In this document: one piece after another, positions 14,412 to 34,395 of the stretch
Layout of the letters: the number at the start of each line of letters is the position of its first letter
Numbering within the stretch: the stretch's first letter is position 1
Assembly: GCA_033442325.1 (NCBI GenBank)
Contig: JAWQFM010000008.1
Coordinates: 1,248,123-1,312,122 of the forward strand
DNA from: Salpingoeca rosetta
Taxonomy: Eukaryota > Protista > Choanoflagellata
DNA: 64,000 nucleotides
Direction of reading: 5' to 3'
The notes under the pieces: model-generated
The model's input: only the letters and a program-made list of their open reading frames with translations
Database searches by the model: none
Told to the model about the DNA's origin: nothing
Translations under genes and position numbers: made by a program

Positions 14412-16014
14412 AGGGGGTGGAGAGATATTGTTGACCTGGGTGAGAAGAGAACACGTGATGAAGCTCAAGTGCTAGTGGGCACGGTGCTGAAGTTTAACGA
14501 TGATCGCAGAACATGGATTGTCACAGGGCGGCTGCGAATAACGCCGGGTGTTGAGCGCGATTCGAGGGAGTGAATATTTGGCTGAGGGGTCGTGGTCAAC
14601 AGTCTGTGTGGTTGGTGTGGTTGGTATGATTGGCAGCAGCCTGTTTACTAGACATCCTCACAGAGGAAAGTACAGAGCCGCAAGCAACAGAATAAAGGAA
14701 AGGGGCGAAGAATCATGGACACAGTTGCTGGGACAAAGAGGGTCACGCTCAACAACGCAAGGTCGAGGGGGAGCACTCGTGGTCTACAATACAAACACAA
14801 ACAGACAAACATAAGCTTCACACGCAGCAAGCGCACGTGTCACTGGCACATGCTCATGCACACATGCATGCATACATACACTGAAAGAAAGCTATGTAAG
14901 AGAAGGTCAACAGCGCACGCCAGCGCTGTCACACGACTGGCGGCTGGTTAACGTGGCAAAGCAACGCTCAAAGCGCAAGCGAAAAGCGAGTGGACAGGTC
15001 AGCTATGTCAAGGCGAATGGAACGAAACAAACAAGCACAGCAAACAAGCAACGGAAAACACAGAAACAGGGCCTGGGGAGGGGGAGGAAGGACAACTGGG
15101 GAGTCAGCAGCAAGCAATCAACAACACGATACCACTATCATGTTGTTCACATCACCACAACGACGTTGATCACATCACAACCAACCCAATAAGACGAAAC
15201 AAAGCTCCAGTGCACTGACACCGGGGGGGGGGATTCTAACTTGTGGCTGAAGCGAAGTGGCTGTCGGCACACTACACACACACGGGAAGAAATATACACA
15301 CATACAGCACATACATGTAAGCACACACATATAAACACACAAACACGCACAGACACACACACACACATAAACACGCACAGACACATAGGAGAACGACATG
15401 CAAGCCATTAAAATCAACACAACGCTTCAAGCCGCATAAAGCGCCTCCACAAGTTCACAGCAAGTCAACATAGTATGAACAAGCAAGCTGTGAACAAAGA
15501 GAGGAAGGAAGGCGCATGAAAATGGGGCGAAGATGCAAAGGAGGAAACGGGCGAGACAAGCTGTATTCAACGCAAAGCCACATGGCTATGAATGGCTGTG
15601 AACAAAGAAAGAGCAGGGGGGGGGGACGTAATGCGATGAAATGATGACGTAACGATAGCCTGTCGAGGTACAACTTCGACACCCAGCAGAACACTTGAAG
15701 AGGGCGGAAGAGGCTCAGCTCAATGCCTGTGGATGATGGGGGGCAACAGGGTGACGGGTTGGTGGTTTGTTGGTTTGTCAGGGGGACACAAGTTAGCGAC
15801 AAGCGGAGCAAAGAGAAACGCAGCCAGAGCAATACACGAAACCAAAGGACAAACACCAATGATGTCGCAAGCCAGAGTGCCTTCACTCGGGCAGGGCGCA
15901 AGCTCAACAGCAGCAACTAAACAACAACAGCAGCAGCGGCAGCAGCAGCAACAACCAACAACTTCTAAACAACACCCAAACAATGACGACAACATGGGAG
16001 CATGCCTCGCTTAC

Positions 16015-19000
16015 CCTCGGCCCTCTTGACAGGCGCGAATCGTCGGATGTGGAGATTTGCGGCAATCTGTTCCGAAACCCATCGAGAGGCCAAACGAGCA
16101 AGGATTGGAGGGGAGGAAATGAGGAGGGTGCAAGCGAAAAGCAACGTGCACATATTTGAAGCCAGAGCAAGAGAACTCGGCCGGAGAGAAGGTGGTCACA
16201 GCCAGCCAGCCAGCCAGCCACACACATACACATACACGGACAAACGGACAAATAGACAAATAGACAAACAAACAAACAGACAGACAGACAGACACACACA
16301 CCTCCGTGGTCTGCGTGTTGTTTCTCGTGATCCGTCCTTGATGGGGGTGGTGAGGATCTGGCTCACAACGTTCATGCCTCCCACATCCGCCAAGCTGTTG
16401 TGTGAGACGCAGACAGCCAGTAAAGTGTAAGGATGAATCGAGGGCGAAGTGCAAAGCGGGCGTGGTGTGTGGAACGGCCAACCGAGACGCATACGCACAC
16501 GCACAGAACAGAGTTCGTACTCGAACGCAGAAGCGGAGCTTGTCTTGCGAGACCGCTGTCGTGTATATGCACGCGTGGGTCTGAAGATGAAGGCAGATGA
16601 CGTGAGTGCGAGCGGGTTGGTGAGTGACACAGTCAGGTCGGCAGGCAAGTCGACACGGACGCACAGGTGCAGATACGGAGACAGATACAGCGACACACAC
16701 ACACACACACGTGACATGGCAGCGCACCTGTCGCCCGGGTCTGGGGAGACTGACTGGGATCCCAATCGCTCGTGCGGAGACATGAGCAGACGCGGGTTTT
16801 CGCGCTCGTGCAGCGAGTCGAGGACACCAGACCGCTCCTCACGCAATCCAAGCGACTGCTTGCATGCACACAAGGTGGAGGGAGAGGTTGTGAGTTGGTT
16901 GGGGTTGCGTAAGGGCGAGCAGAGGCGAGAAGGGCGAGCATGTGTGTGCGTGTGAGCGCGTGCGTGCGCGTGTGCGTGAGTGCATACGTGTGTGTGTGAG
17001 TGTGTGACATGCCAGCAACCTTTGTTCGGAAATGCCGCGATTCACTGCTCGTCGGTCGATCTGACAACAACAACAACAACAACAGCAACAGCAACAGCAA
17101 CAACAACGACAGTGGTGGTGGTGCAGGTGCATGAATACAGACGCAAGCACGCGTGTTAGCTTGTGCAGGTGCAAATGTGAGCGTGTGTGTGCGTGACGCC
17201 TGCAGGTTAAATGCGCAAGCTTCATGTCAAGCGCACGAGCAAAAGCCCTATGCGCTCACTTTGACGGGTGTGTGCAGGCCGGGATTCAAGAAGAGACGGC
17301 GTCGATTGAGACATGAGCGCTTCACGTGTGCTGTCCATGGATGTGCTGTGCTTGAGACCGCTCAGCCGCTGGCTTCCGCGCCGATGCGACGTCACAGACG
17401 GAAGCTCAGTCGGCACCTGATAGAGGTTGAGGTGGTGGTGGAATTGTTGTGTTTGTTTGTTTGGTTGTTCGTATGGTTCGTATGAGTGCATGGGTCATCA
17501 GTGAACACCCAAGCGCCGCGCAATCACCATGGATATCATCGTGTCCATCACCGTACCCGTGCCTTGACGCTGCCTGTCCTGTTTGCTAGTCGAGATGACG
17601 TCCCGCCGTGCGACAGCCGGCCCTCCTGCCGTTGGGCAACATACGGCGTGGTGGTGTGGTGTGGTGTGTATGTGTATGTGTATGTGTGTGGTGTGTATGT
17701 GTGTTTGTTGCGACGGCGTTGTGTATGTTTGCGTATGTGTGGAATGCGTAAGATGGGGGGGGGGGTTCCTGTGAGCGATGAAGTTCATTCAATGGCCACC
17801 ACAGGGGCAAGAGAATGGTCGCAGGTGAACAAACGACGCTGGTGCACGAGCGAGACAAACGGGTTGCGGAGATGTGTCGCAACGCATCGTACCTTTGCGC
17901 GGTCGCCCATCCGTCTTCGTGACAGCGGTGAGTACTGTCCGTGCACGTCGCTGGAGCCCCGTCGCGCGCCGGCAGCCTGCGCACACGAGCAACGGCAACA
18001 AGACAAGCGATACATGCATGAGAAACAAGCACGCGAGTGTCAATGCCACGTATGCATGAGAGACATGTGTGCGCCCACCGCACACAAATTTGCCATCAGC
18101 CGACACCAGCGCAACCAGCAGTGCAGGGAAATGTTGCAGTTGCATGAATGGATATCGCACCCCGAGTGTGGACGACCGCCTCGACCTCCGCTCGTTCCAC
18201 GCTTGCGGTGTTGAGGAGCGCATCTGATGCACAAGAACACACACACACACACACACACACATCAGTCCGGCAAGTCAAGAAGAACAACGCCAAGCCGAGC
18301 AAGCAGCGTGTTGCAGGACCACAACATGCGCGTTGCATGACCAAACACATTTGCTATGTGGAAACGCACCTCTCGTCTTCTTCGGTTTTTCGACGTGTCT
18401 TTCGGGGCCTCTTGTTGATCACCCTCGTATGCCTGTTGTGAAACAGCAGCAAAGAACAACACGGAGAGTTGGTGTCAGACCCACCCGACTCGATTCAAAC
18501 TCCACTTGCACACATGTGTGTGTGCGCGCGCGCGCGTGTGTGCAAGTGTGTGCAAACAGCAGCAAAGTGTACAAGCGCACCTCGATCAAGCCCTGCTCCT
18601 CTTGTTCTCGGCAGGAATCGATGTGAAAGTCCTCAAAGAGCATTGATAGGTCCTGCAGTGATTGCACGACAGCACAAGTAGCGAGCAACGCTGTGAGCGC
18701 AAAAGTGCACATGGACAACAAGCGCACACGCAAGAGCGACAGGAACCGCCGTGCAGTTGAAAGAGACAGCAAACGATGGCTTAACATGTGTTCATACATG
18801 TACACGGTACACAGCACGCACCCATGTGATGGGGTTGTTGATGGTGTCGAGGGTGGCGTGCGTTTCCATGACAAATTGCTTCCACGCCTGGACAAAGAAT
18901 GAGAATCACGCAAACGTGAACGCACATGTGTGAATGTACGAAAAGTAGAATTGGCGCACATGTGTCCGCGAGGAAGCAGCGAGCAAACGAACAAGAGATA

Positions 19001-19032
19001 CGAGTGCAAGACATACGAGTGCAACGTCACAG

Positions 19033-19085
<53 letters not shown>

Positions 19086-21146
19086 TACACGCGCGCGCGC
19101 ACCCACACATTCAAACATGTACAATCGCCCAACCTTGTCGCTGGCGTGGTTCGAGCCGAGAGCAGACGCAGCAGCTTCGAGTTGCCGTAACAGATGGTGA
19201 TCCTGCGCACATGCACACATGTACAAGAATGAGGGGCAGCCCACACACACGAACGAACACACACGCGTAAACACACACACACACACACACAGCCCACATC
19301 ATTGTGTCACGAGCAACAGGAGGAGCGCACCTTGGGCAGGACAATCATGCGTTTCATAACAGGAAGCATGCTCGCCACGCGCCGTCGCACATCCAAGATG
19401 GGATCCTATCACGATTGCAGAGGAGGCCGTGTGAGGAACAAGTGTGCACATGTGAGTGCTTGTGCGTTTGCGGTGGTGGTTGAGGCAAGAGTTGCGGTGT
19501 GCAAGCGGTGGAGGCGAGACTGATGTATGCGTGCATGCAGGCAACAGTATTGCAACACCATCAGCAAGGGCGAGTGCCTCACCTCTGTCAATGCAAGGAG
19601 CGGCTCAAAGTAAAATGTTTTGAAGAAATATCGCGAGAAGAACTTGGTCACCTGTTGTTGGAGGCATACGCACACGAAGGGAAAGAGATTGAGCAAGTAG
19701 TAGCGAGAGTGAGTGAGTGTGTGAGTGTGTGAGTGTGTGGGGGGGATGTGTGTGTGAGTGTGGGGTGTGAGTGTGTGCGTGTGAATTCGTGGGTGTGCAT
19801 CAGTTGAAAGAGTGCAGCAACGCATTGCATGCTGTTGCTGCCCCTTCACGTGGCGGTTTGGTCGCACCTTCGAGCACACGTGCACGAAGCAGATCCTATG
19901 GCGCGACGTCGGCCCTGCAGCCAGTTCTGGTGTCGCCGCGTTGGTGCGCAGTGAGATGGGGTGCAGTGAGGGTGGCAGGCAGGGCAACGCAGAGCAATGC
20001 GCATAGTGGAAACAAAGGGCGAGGAGTACATGCACAAGCAGCAGAACACACACACACATGCACACATGTAGCATTTGTTACAACCCCAAACATGTGTGTG
20101 TGTGTGTGTGTGTGAGTGCGCACCTGTTGTCTGCCACTCCATGATCTTGAGCCTGATCTTGTGGTTTGGGATCGCCGCAGTCATGGCGACCAAGTTCTCG
20201 CACGCCTCCAGCATCACGGGCTCGGCGACAGCTGTCCGCACGGTGGTGATGGTGGCGATGGTGGCGATGGTGGCGGTGGTGAGAAGAAGAGAAGAGAAAA
20301 GGAGCATGCACCATGCTGATGCCGAGACCAACACCATTCAACACACACACACACGCACGCACGCACACACACACACACACACACACGCGCGCGCGCACGC
20401 ACGCATACACACAAGCACGTGCAGGTTGTATACCCTGGTCTGTGAGGAGGTGCTGGAGACAGGGGAGGAGGATGTTGTTGAGTTCCTCGGGGCTGAAGAC
20501 GTTGTGCGAGGCCTGCGTGTGGGACAGGAGCAGGCGGAGATGGCGCCAGTCCTCCAGCAGTCGTGGCACCGCCGCCACCACGTTGCTCAGCACGGCTGCA
20601 GGCACACATCCATGCTGCACCCCACGGCAAGCGCGCGTCCACGTGTCAATGAAGCGGTGAGCAGGAGGGAGGAGGGTGATTTGTTACAGTGCATGTCGGA
20701 GGATGCGCAAGCAGGCGCTAATTCGGGTGGGGGTATGTGGGCGAACTAATGCTCGCGTAAGTGGTGTGGTTGTGCGTGCGCATTCTCAATTCCATGCAAA
20801 CGGCTCACCTTGCACTTTCGGTAAGATGGAGAAATGTAGGACTTGCAGTTGCTGCGCAGAGAGGGAGGGAGGGGGGAAGAACACAGGGAAGCGTGAGTCA
20901 ACCAGGACACGCATGCGGATGTGTGAAGATGAGTGACAGGGTGTATGTAGTCGTGGTCCCACCTTTCGTTTGGTTTCTTCAGGTTGCGGAACAACACGTC
21001 AAGGTGCGTCATGATTGCAGCCATCACCCTGTTGTGGCAAATATGCAGTGGGAGCATGAGGTGAGATGGCACACACAAGCACAAGCACAACTAAACACAT
21101 CCACGTGCAGTCATGCAGTCAGGCGTGTGCATGTGACACACTTGAA

Positions 21147-21227
<81 letters not shown>

Positions 21228-22727
21228 GGTAGCAGGGGTAGTCGCCAATGGATACGGTGAAGCAAGATGTGACGCGCAGCATACCGCGGGTGCGGGTCTG
21301 TGATGAGTTCGTTGACGGCCTTGAATCCCTCCGGACACACGTTGAAGCGCGGGCCAAGTGCGGTCATCACTTCGTGGAAGCTCTTGGCAACCGTCAGCCG
21401 CACGCTCACAGGACCAGACATCAGCGACAGGAACGACCTTTGTGTGTGTGTGTGTGTGGGGGGGGGGGGTATTGCGAAGAGGGGGGGGGGGAGATGCGGT
21501 ATGCAGGCGTGAGCGCGTGGTCTTAGTCGTTACGCTGAGGAAATGTGCCTCTGTTGTGCCATTCTCTCCACAGGACACCGGCCAAACCACAACTGCATTG
21601 GACACCGCCACGATCATCACCACCACCAGCATCAGGTGGTACTGACCTGCCGAGTGTGGTTTGGGCAAACGGTGTTCCGTGGTTGAGGTCGTTCAGGAAT
21701 TCATTTCGCGCAACAATAGCAACACCCTATCGTCGTTGTGCGCGCGTGTGTGTGTGTGTGTGCGTGTGATGGTGATGGTGACTGTGAATGGAGAGAGGGC
21801 CAATGATGCAAACAGCACTGCACCAAGAAAGAGGCCTCAATCCGACACACAAGAGATAGCACGCATGAATACACGCATGAGCACACACTCATACATACAC
21901 ACAAACACGCGCAAGCGATTGCACGCATGAGCACACGCGCCACCAGCGGCACGCACTGGGAAGTTGTACGCTGCCCAGCGCTGCGGACTGTCTTCGTCAA
22001 TGTCCTCCTCCTCGCCGCTCATGGCAACAACATCGTCGCTTCGATCCGCGCACATGTGTGCAAACTGCTCCAGTAGCTCGTGCTGCTGCGACGCCGTGAA
22101 TGCATCTGTATTTGTGCGTATGTCGTGTGTCGTGTCGTGTGGTGTGGTGTGAGTTGCGGGCAGGGTGTGTGTGGGTGTGTGCCATAACCATACTCAAACA
22201 AGCCCACATGAAGGCAGCCACACACGCACACGTGCACACGCATTCAAGCAAATCCAAGCCGCAAGCATGCACACGCACACGCACCCCATCCGTAATAGAT
22301 AACAGGCCCAAAGTTCTTGCAAAACGCCTCCGTCAGCAAATCCTGTTCAGACAATGAAATGAGGAGTGAGCGAGGGGCAGGAGCGGTTCAAACAGCGAAC
22401 GAACAAACGAACGAACGAACGAACGAACGAACATGTAAACAAGCAAGCAGGGACATGCGAACAATAACAGAGAGAGACATATGCATATACACGCGTGTGC
22501 ACCTCGGAGTTGATGACGTTTGTGTACGCGAGGTGCAGCGGCTCGCAGGAAGCGCGAAGAAGACCTAACAAAGCACACACGTGCATGCGCGCGCAGGCAT
22601 AAGAATTCCCAGCACACGCAGCCACACCAACCCCCCCCCCCCCCACGCGCGCATACAATTGTTCTCTTCTCGCACACAGACACGCACATACACACTCACA
22701 CGCATACGCGCGCGCACGCACACAAGT

Positions 22728-22813
<86 letters not shown>

Positions 22814-24364
22814 AAACACACCCGCATCGAGGTCTGGGAGGATGGAGGCAAGGGCGCGTAGGGCGGTGGCGCGGACGTCGCTCTCGGCATCGGAGAGGAG
22901 CGTGACAATCTGACGATGCAGACGCTGACGGATGGTGACGCTGGCAGCAGGAAGCAACAGCGCACGGGCCGCCGCCTCAACCGCCTCCGCCCGCACAGAG
23001 GGGTGGGTGTCGCTCAGCAGGCCTGCCACAAGAAGAAGCGAGGGGGGGGGGTGCTGGAGTGAATTTGATGCACAAAAGAACGTACGCACAAATAAATACA
23101 TACACGCGCACGCACACATGTACACACGCACACGTGCAGTGAGACAAACGCGCCACAAGCAAGCAACCAGCGCGTACAAAGCTGAGCCCCTTCTTCTTTG
23201 AGCCGCACCTTCGACGACATCAAAGTAATCTGGGGGCAGAGAGCACGCAGCGCCGGCGCACCGGTCCGCAACGCCCTTGAGGAGCCGACACGAGAACAGT
23301 CGAGTGTCAAGCTTCTCGGTCATCCACCCAGAGGCAAGCGTCAGCGGCCACACCTGCAGGCAGGGGGAGGGGGCGTTGGTTTGGTGGTGGTAGTGTGTGG
23401 TGTGGTTGCATGCGTGAGCGAGTACGCGCCATTGGTGCGTGTCAGCGTGTGAGCAGGTAAATGGGCGTTGGATGGGTTGAAAACGGCCCTGCGTACTGCA
23501 AGGATGCAATCGAGTTTGAAGCACAGCATGTGCACACACACACTATTACACATACACACACACGCACAAGTACACGTACACACGACGGCAGTACGCACAA
23601 GCTCTGTGATGGCCTTCTGTGAGAGGGCGGGGACGTAGGAGAGGATGAGGGTCTGCCACGCAAGCATCTCATCCACAAACGTGGTGGACTTGACAGAGTC
23701 AATGAACCATGGCAGCAGACTTTCACAGAGGACGGTGTTTCCGTCCAGTTTCATGCCGGCGAGGTATGGCACGATGACAGCCTTCTCCTGGCCATTGAAC
23801 GTGGAGAACGCGCCCTTGAGACACGACACCGCCCGCACCAGACACGCCGCATCCTCGGCGACGGCCTACTCGCCATGAACACGTGCATGCGTGCGTGCGT
23901 GCGTGCGTATTAGTGTTGTGCGTGTGATCATGTGTTTGTGCGTGTGCGTATGTGTGAGTGTGCGTGTTAGTGTGGATGTGTGCATGTGTGCGTGTGTGTG
24001 TGCGTGTGTGCGTGTGCATGTGTGCGTGTGTGTTTGTAAGCAGATGGCGAAGCATGACACCGAAACAAACACAGCACAAACTGCAGACCAAATGCTGTCA
24101 CAACACCACCTCTCTCCCTTCCGCCGTGTGTCATCACCTGTTTCAAGAGCTCGATGGCAGCAATGAGACGAATCGGCTCCGAGTGGGCATGCTCCTTCAG
24201 GTCCCTGTGTGTGCGTGCGTTGAGAGGGGAGGGGAGAAGAAGCAAATGTATTGGTCACCGTAAGCTTGAACAGGACAGTCCCACCACCTCTGCTCACAAC
24301 CACCACCACCACCACCACCACCAAACCAACCACCATCACCACCACCACCACCACGACCATCATT

Positions 24365-24412
<48 letters not shown>

Positions 24413-24853
24413 GTCATGAGCGGACCTGAGGAGGTAGAGGGCGCGGTCGATGCCTTGAAGCGACGTGTCCACCCGCAGCCGAGCGAGATCACCAGTATCC
24501 TGCAGCAGACACGTACAATCCCATACACGCACACAAGAGTCAGCGTAAGCGCGCGCATGCAGCAGGAAATGCCTGCATCCATTGCACTTCAACCCCCCCC
24601 CCACACACACACATACCCGCTTTGGCTTGACGCGCTTCTCGAAGCTGAAGGTGAAGACAGGATCATCGTCAAGCTCCCTGTTTGCATCGCGTAACAGCAG
24701 CAGATACAATGGCATAAGTGCTGGCGGTGTGGAAGACGTTACATTGCTGGGAGACACAAGGGACGACAGAGAGAGACAAAGACAAGAGAAAAAGAGAAAG
24801 ACGCGCACACACACACACACACACGCACACATACACGCACACACACACACACA

Positions 24854-24935
<82 letters not shown>

Positions 24936-25063
24936 GACGCGCAACGTACTGGTCTGGGCTGAGGCCTGCCCATGCGGATGTTGGCGCTGACGTGTGTGAT
25001 TTCGTCTTTGGTCCCGCCCCCGACGACTTTCGGGCGCCAGAGGCTGAGGAGGTCAGATGCCAT
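16015..25063 (-). CDS. PPP4R4: Protein phosphatase 4 regulatory subunit 4-like HEAT-repeat protein
   Basis: Many short exons with peptides colinear to animal PPP4R4 as I recall it: [105 protein letters not shown]. The 3' end is uncertain and may extend to ~14470. Confidence 0.8.
21225..21260. repeat. 36-bp dispersed intronic element, copy 1 (TGAGGTAGCAGGGGTAGTCGCCAATGGATACGGTGA)
   Basis: Identical to 59677-59712; follows a (CA)n tract. Confidence 0.85.
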
Positions 25064-26531
25064 CGCACCATCGGTTGTGTAGGTGGTGCATGGTGGGTGG
25101 TGAGACGTGTGCGTCATTCGTGCGTGCGCGTGCTTGATGGTTGTCTGTGCTGAGTTGGAGGCAAAGGCGAGAAGGATGTACACATAAAGGTGTTGTCGTT
25201 GGCACCCGCACTTACACATTGTCGGCGCAGCGTGCGTGTGTGCAGCAGCCAAAGCTGGGAGTCGCTTGCACGGTGCACGGGGAAGGAGGGTGGTGCCAAT
25301 GGAAATGAGCGATGCAGGAGGGAAGGGGACACTCGGGAACGCCGACCTATATTGGGCTTCCTACGGCGTGCACCTGGGTGAGTGCACACAGATGGGGCCC
25401 CTGGCGTTGATTATGGTGAAGCAGCAACCACGGCCCCCGTATACGGCGCGGCTCTGCTTCTTCTGCAAGCTGGAAATGGCAGCAGCACGGTGAGGTCATG
25501 TGCAAGCACAAACACACACGATTACACGCACACGCACAACCGGACACTTTGGCCAAGCGTGTCTTGGCAGGAGGTGCAGCAGGAAAGGCCAGTTGAGTGG
25601 GTGGGCAACTACCTGTGTGTGTGTGGGGGGGGGACGCACGATCTGACGAAAGGAGGATCACAGGAACGTTCGCCGAGCTGGTTGCGAGAAGAGCAGATTG
25701 AGAGTTGGCGCATGCAGACACACGCAGAGACACCCGCCCACGAACAGACAGGCAGAACCACGCGATAGCACAAGCACACGAGCTTGTGAGATGTGATCGA
25801 GCAGCAACAAGGGAACACGAGCGGCAGAAATGGGGCACGCAACGCCGCGCACGCCAGCTTGTATGCTCGCGCGTGGTTGTGCGCGCAACAAGTAGGTGTG
25901 CGACGCCCAAACAACCCCCTACCACCTCGTGCAATCAACGAGGCTCGTTGTGTGCCCCAACACTACCTACTTTCGCTTCCGATGTTGTTGTTGTTGGGGT
26001 GGTGCTTGCTTGCTTGCTTGGTTGGTTGGGCGGGAGAGGGAAACAGGCAGGGGTACAATGCTGTGCCTTCCTACGAGCGAGCAAGCGTGACTGTGGATGA
26101 TGAAAGTTGTCCGTCGGCGAGTGCAGGGTGTGCGTCACCAGGGCGGGCGTCCATGTGCGTGCCTGTGCAGGTGGGAGGTGGCAGGCTGTGCGTGTTGTGT
26201 TGTGTTGTGTGGGCAACGAACACGCAGCAGAAGCAGACACGGGCAAATTCCAGCAACGAAAACACACACACGCAAGCAAACAAAGAGAAGAAGAGGAAGA
26301 AGCCGAAGAGAGGAAGACGTGTGTGTCTGAGCAGAAGCGCAGTCATCTTCACGCACGCCACATACCACGGCGCACACGTCGCACACGTCGCACACGTCGC
26401 ACACGGCGCACACGGCGCACACACACACACACGCGCGCGCGCCTCACACACACGCCTCGGACGGACGGACAGACAGACAAACAGCAGCGTTAGGGTTAGG
26501 TGGTGTTGTGGCACCAGTCACAGTCGCGGAG

Positions 26532-32536
<6,005 letters not shown>

Positions 32537-33070
32537 GGCTAAGCGACCAAAGGACAACTAAGTGCCTGCGTGTTCATATATGTGTGTGTGTGTTCACATG
32601 TGTGTATTCATGTGTGTGTGTGTGTGTGTTTCGCGCATCGTGCTGCTTAATGGCCCACCACTCCCGCGCTTGTTTCATACGATGGCTTGCAGCTCTGTGT
32701 CTTCAACACGCTGCAGCTTATGATTATGCCAACATTAGACATCCGCAAGGGCGGGCATGTGCATGCCACCTGTGTGATCACATCCATCCCATTGCCATAC
32801 ACACACACACTTGTCGTGGCATTTCATTGAGGGATGATGATACATGGTGGACAAGCAAAACACCCGGCGCGGTGCGCGGTTGTGAACAAGCATGGACAGT
32901 AACACAAGGAAGGAGATAAGTGGCAGTGGAGAAGTGGAGGGGGAGCAAAAGGAAACAAGACGGCGAGAGGAAAACCAAGGCGAGAAAGGTAGTTTGGCTG
33001 CTGCAGGTGTCAGCCAACGGGGCGCGCGAACGTGCGCTGGTCATGTCATGTGACGTGGACATTGGCGTGC

Positions 33071-33514
33071 TCACGGGTACCAGTTCTTGTCCACACCGGC
33101 GCCGCAGAGGCTGGTGGTGCCGGCAAACTGCTTGATGGAGGGCTTGCTCCAGCCGCCAAACGCGCGGAAGTCAGAGAAGGACGCAGAGCCGTCTATGTGT
33201 GGGCAAAACAAAAAGAGGGGGGGTGGTGGTAGGGAAGTGGTGAGTGAGAATAAGGCGGGTCGTATCTTGTGCGAGTGCAAGTGCAAGTGCGTAGCATGGT
33301 GATGGTGTGCATTTGGAGCAAAGGGCGTTGCAAGAAGTGGCACGACGCGATCGCAAGAAATGAGTGCACAGGTGTTGTGAAATCAAGTGGCCACAGCTGT
33401 GGCTGCCATGCGGCCCCGTGTTGCTCAAGCCATGGACTTACCGTAGTGGGCATACCACAGCGGGAACGCGGAACCGCCGCTCCAGTCGCCCATGATTGGC
33501 GACCACTGGGACTC

Positions 33515-33572
<58 letters not shown>

Positions 33573-33574
33573 CG

Positions 33575-33641
<67 letters not shown>

Positions 33642-33862
33642 NNNNNNNNNNNNNNNNNNNNNNNNNNNNNNNNNNNNNNNNNNNNNNNNNNNNNNNNNNN
33701 NNNNNNNNNNNNNNNNNNNNNNNNNNNNNNNNNNNNNNNNNTGGTGTTCAGCAGATAAAAGCGATGGTGATGGTCTTACTCCTTCCTAACGATCTTTTCC
33801 TTCTTGTCCGCGAACGCACCCCTTATTTTATTCACAGCCCGCGTTTGCCCCGCACACACTCT

Positions 33863-33923
<61 letters not shown>

Positions 33924-34309
33924 TGCACTTGCCTGGTGTAAACGCCGAGGTGGATACCGTGGGCCTTGGCCTGGGAGACGAGGCCGCTGAAGAAGTTGCG
34001 GTTGGCGCCGACGTCCTTGGTCCAGTACTGCGGGCCCTCAATGTCGAGCCACAGCATGCCGTAGGTGCCTGGCTTGGCGTTGCCGGGCTTGATGTTGTAC
34101 TTGGCGAGGTTGGCGACCATGGCGTCGATCTGGCCGGCCGGGTTGCCGCATGTGGGGCAAGGGAAGAAGTAGATGTCCACGTGGTCCATGCCGCCATCCC
34201 AAGCATTGTAGATGGTGTGCGGGCAGTTGGGGTCCGGGTGGCCCGTCGACATGAAGCAGCGAATGACACCAAAGCGTACCCGTTGGACTTGAGGCCTGGT
34301 GTGTGGTGG

Positions 34310-34395
<86 letters not shown>

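Noticed and set aside
21225-21246. TGAGGTAG start resembles let-7 miRNA
   Set aside because: Only the 5' portion matches, no precursor hairpin is evident, and let-7 is an animal miRNA; likely chance
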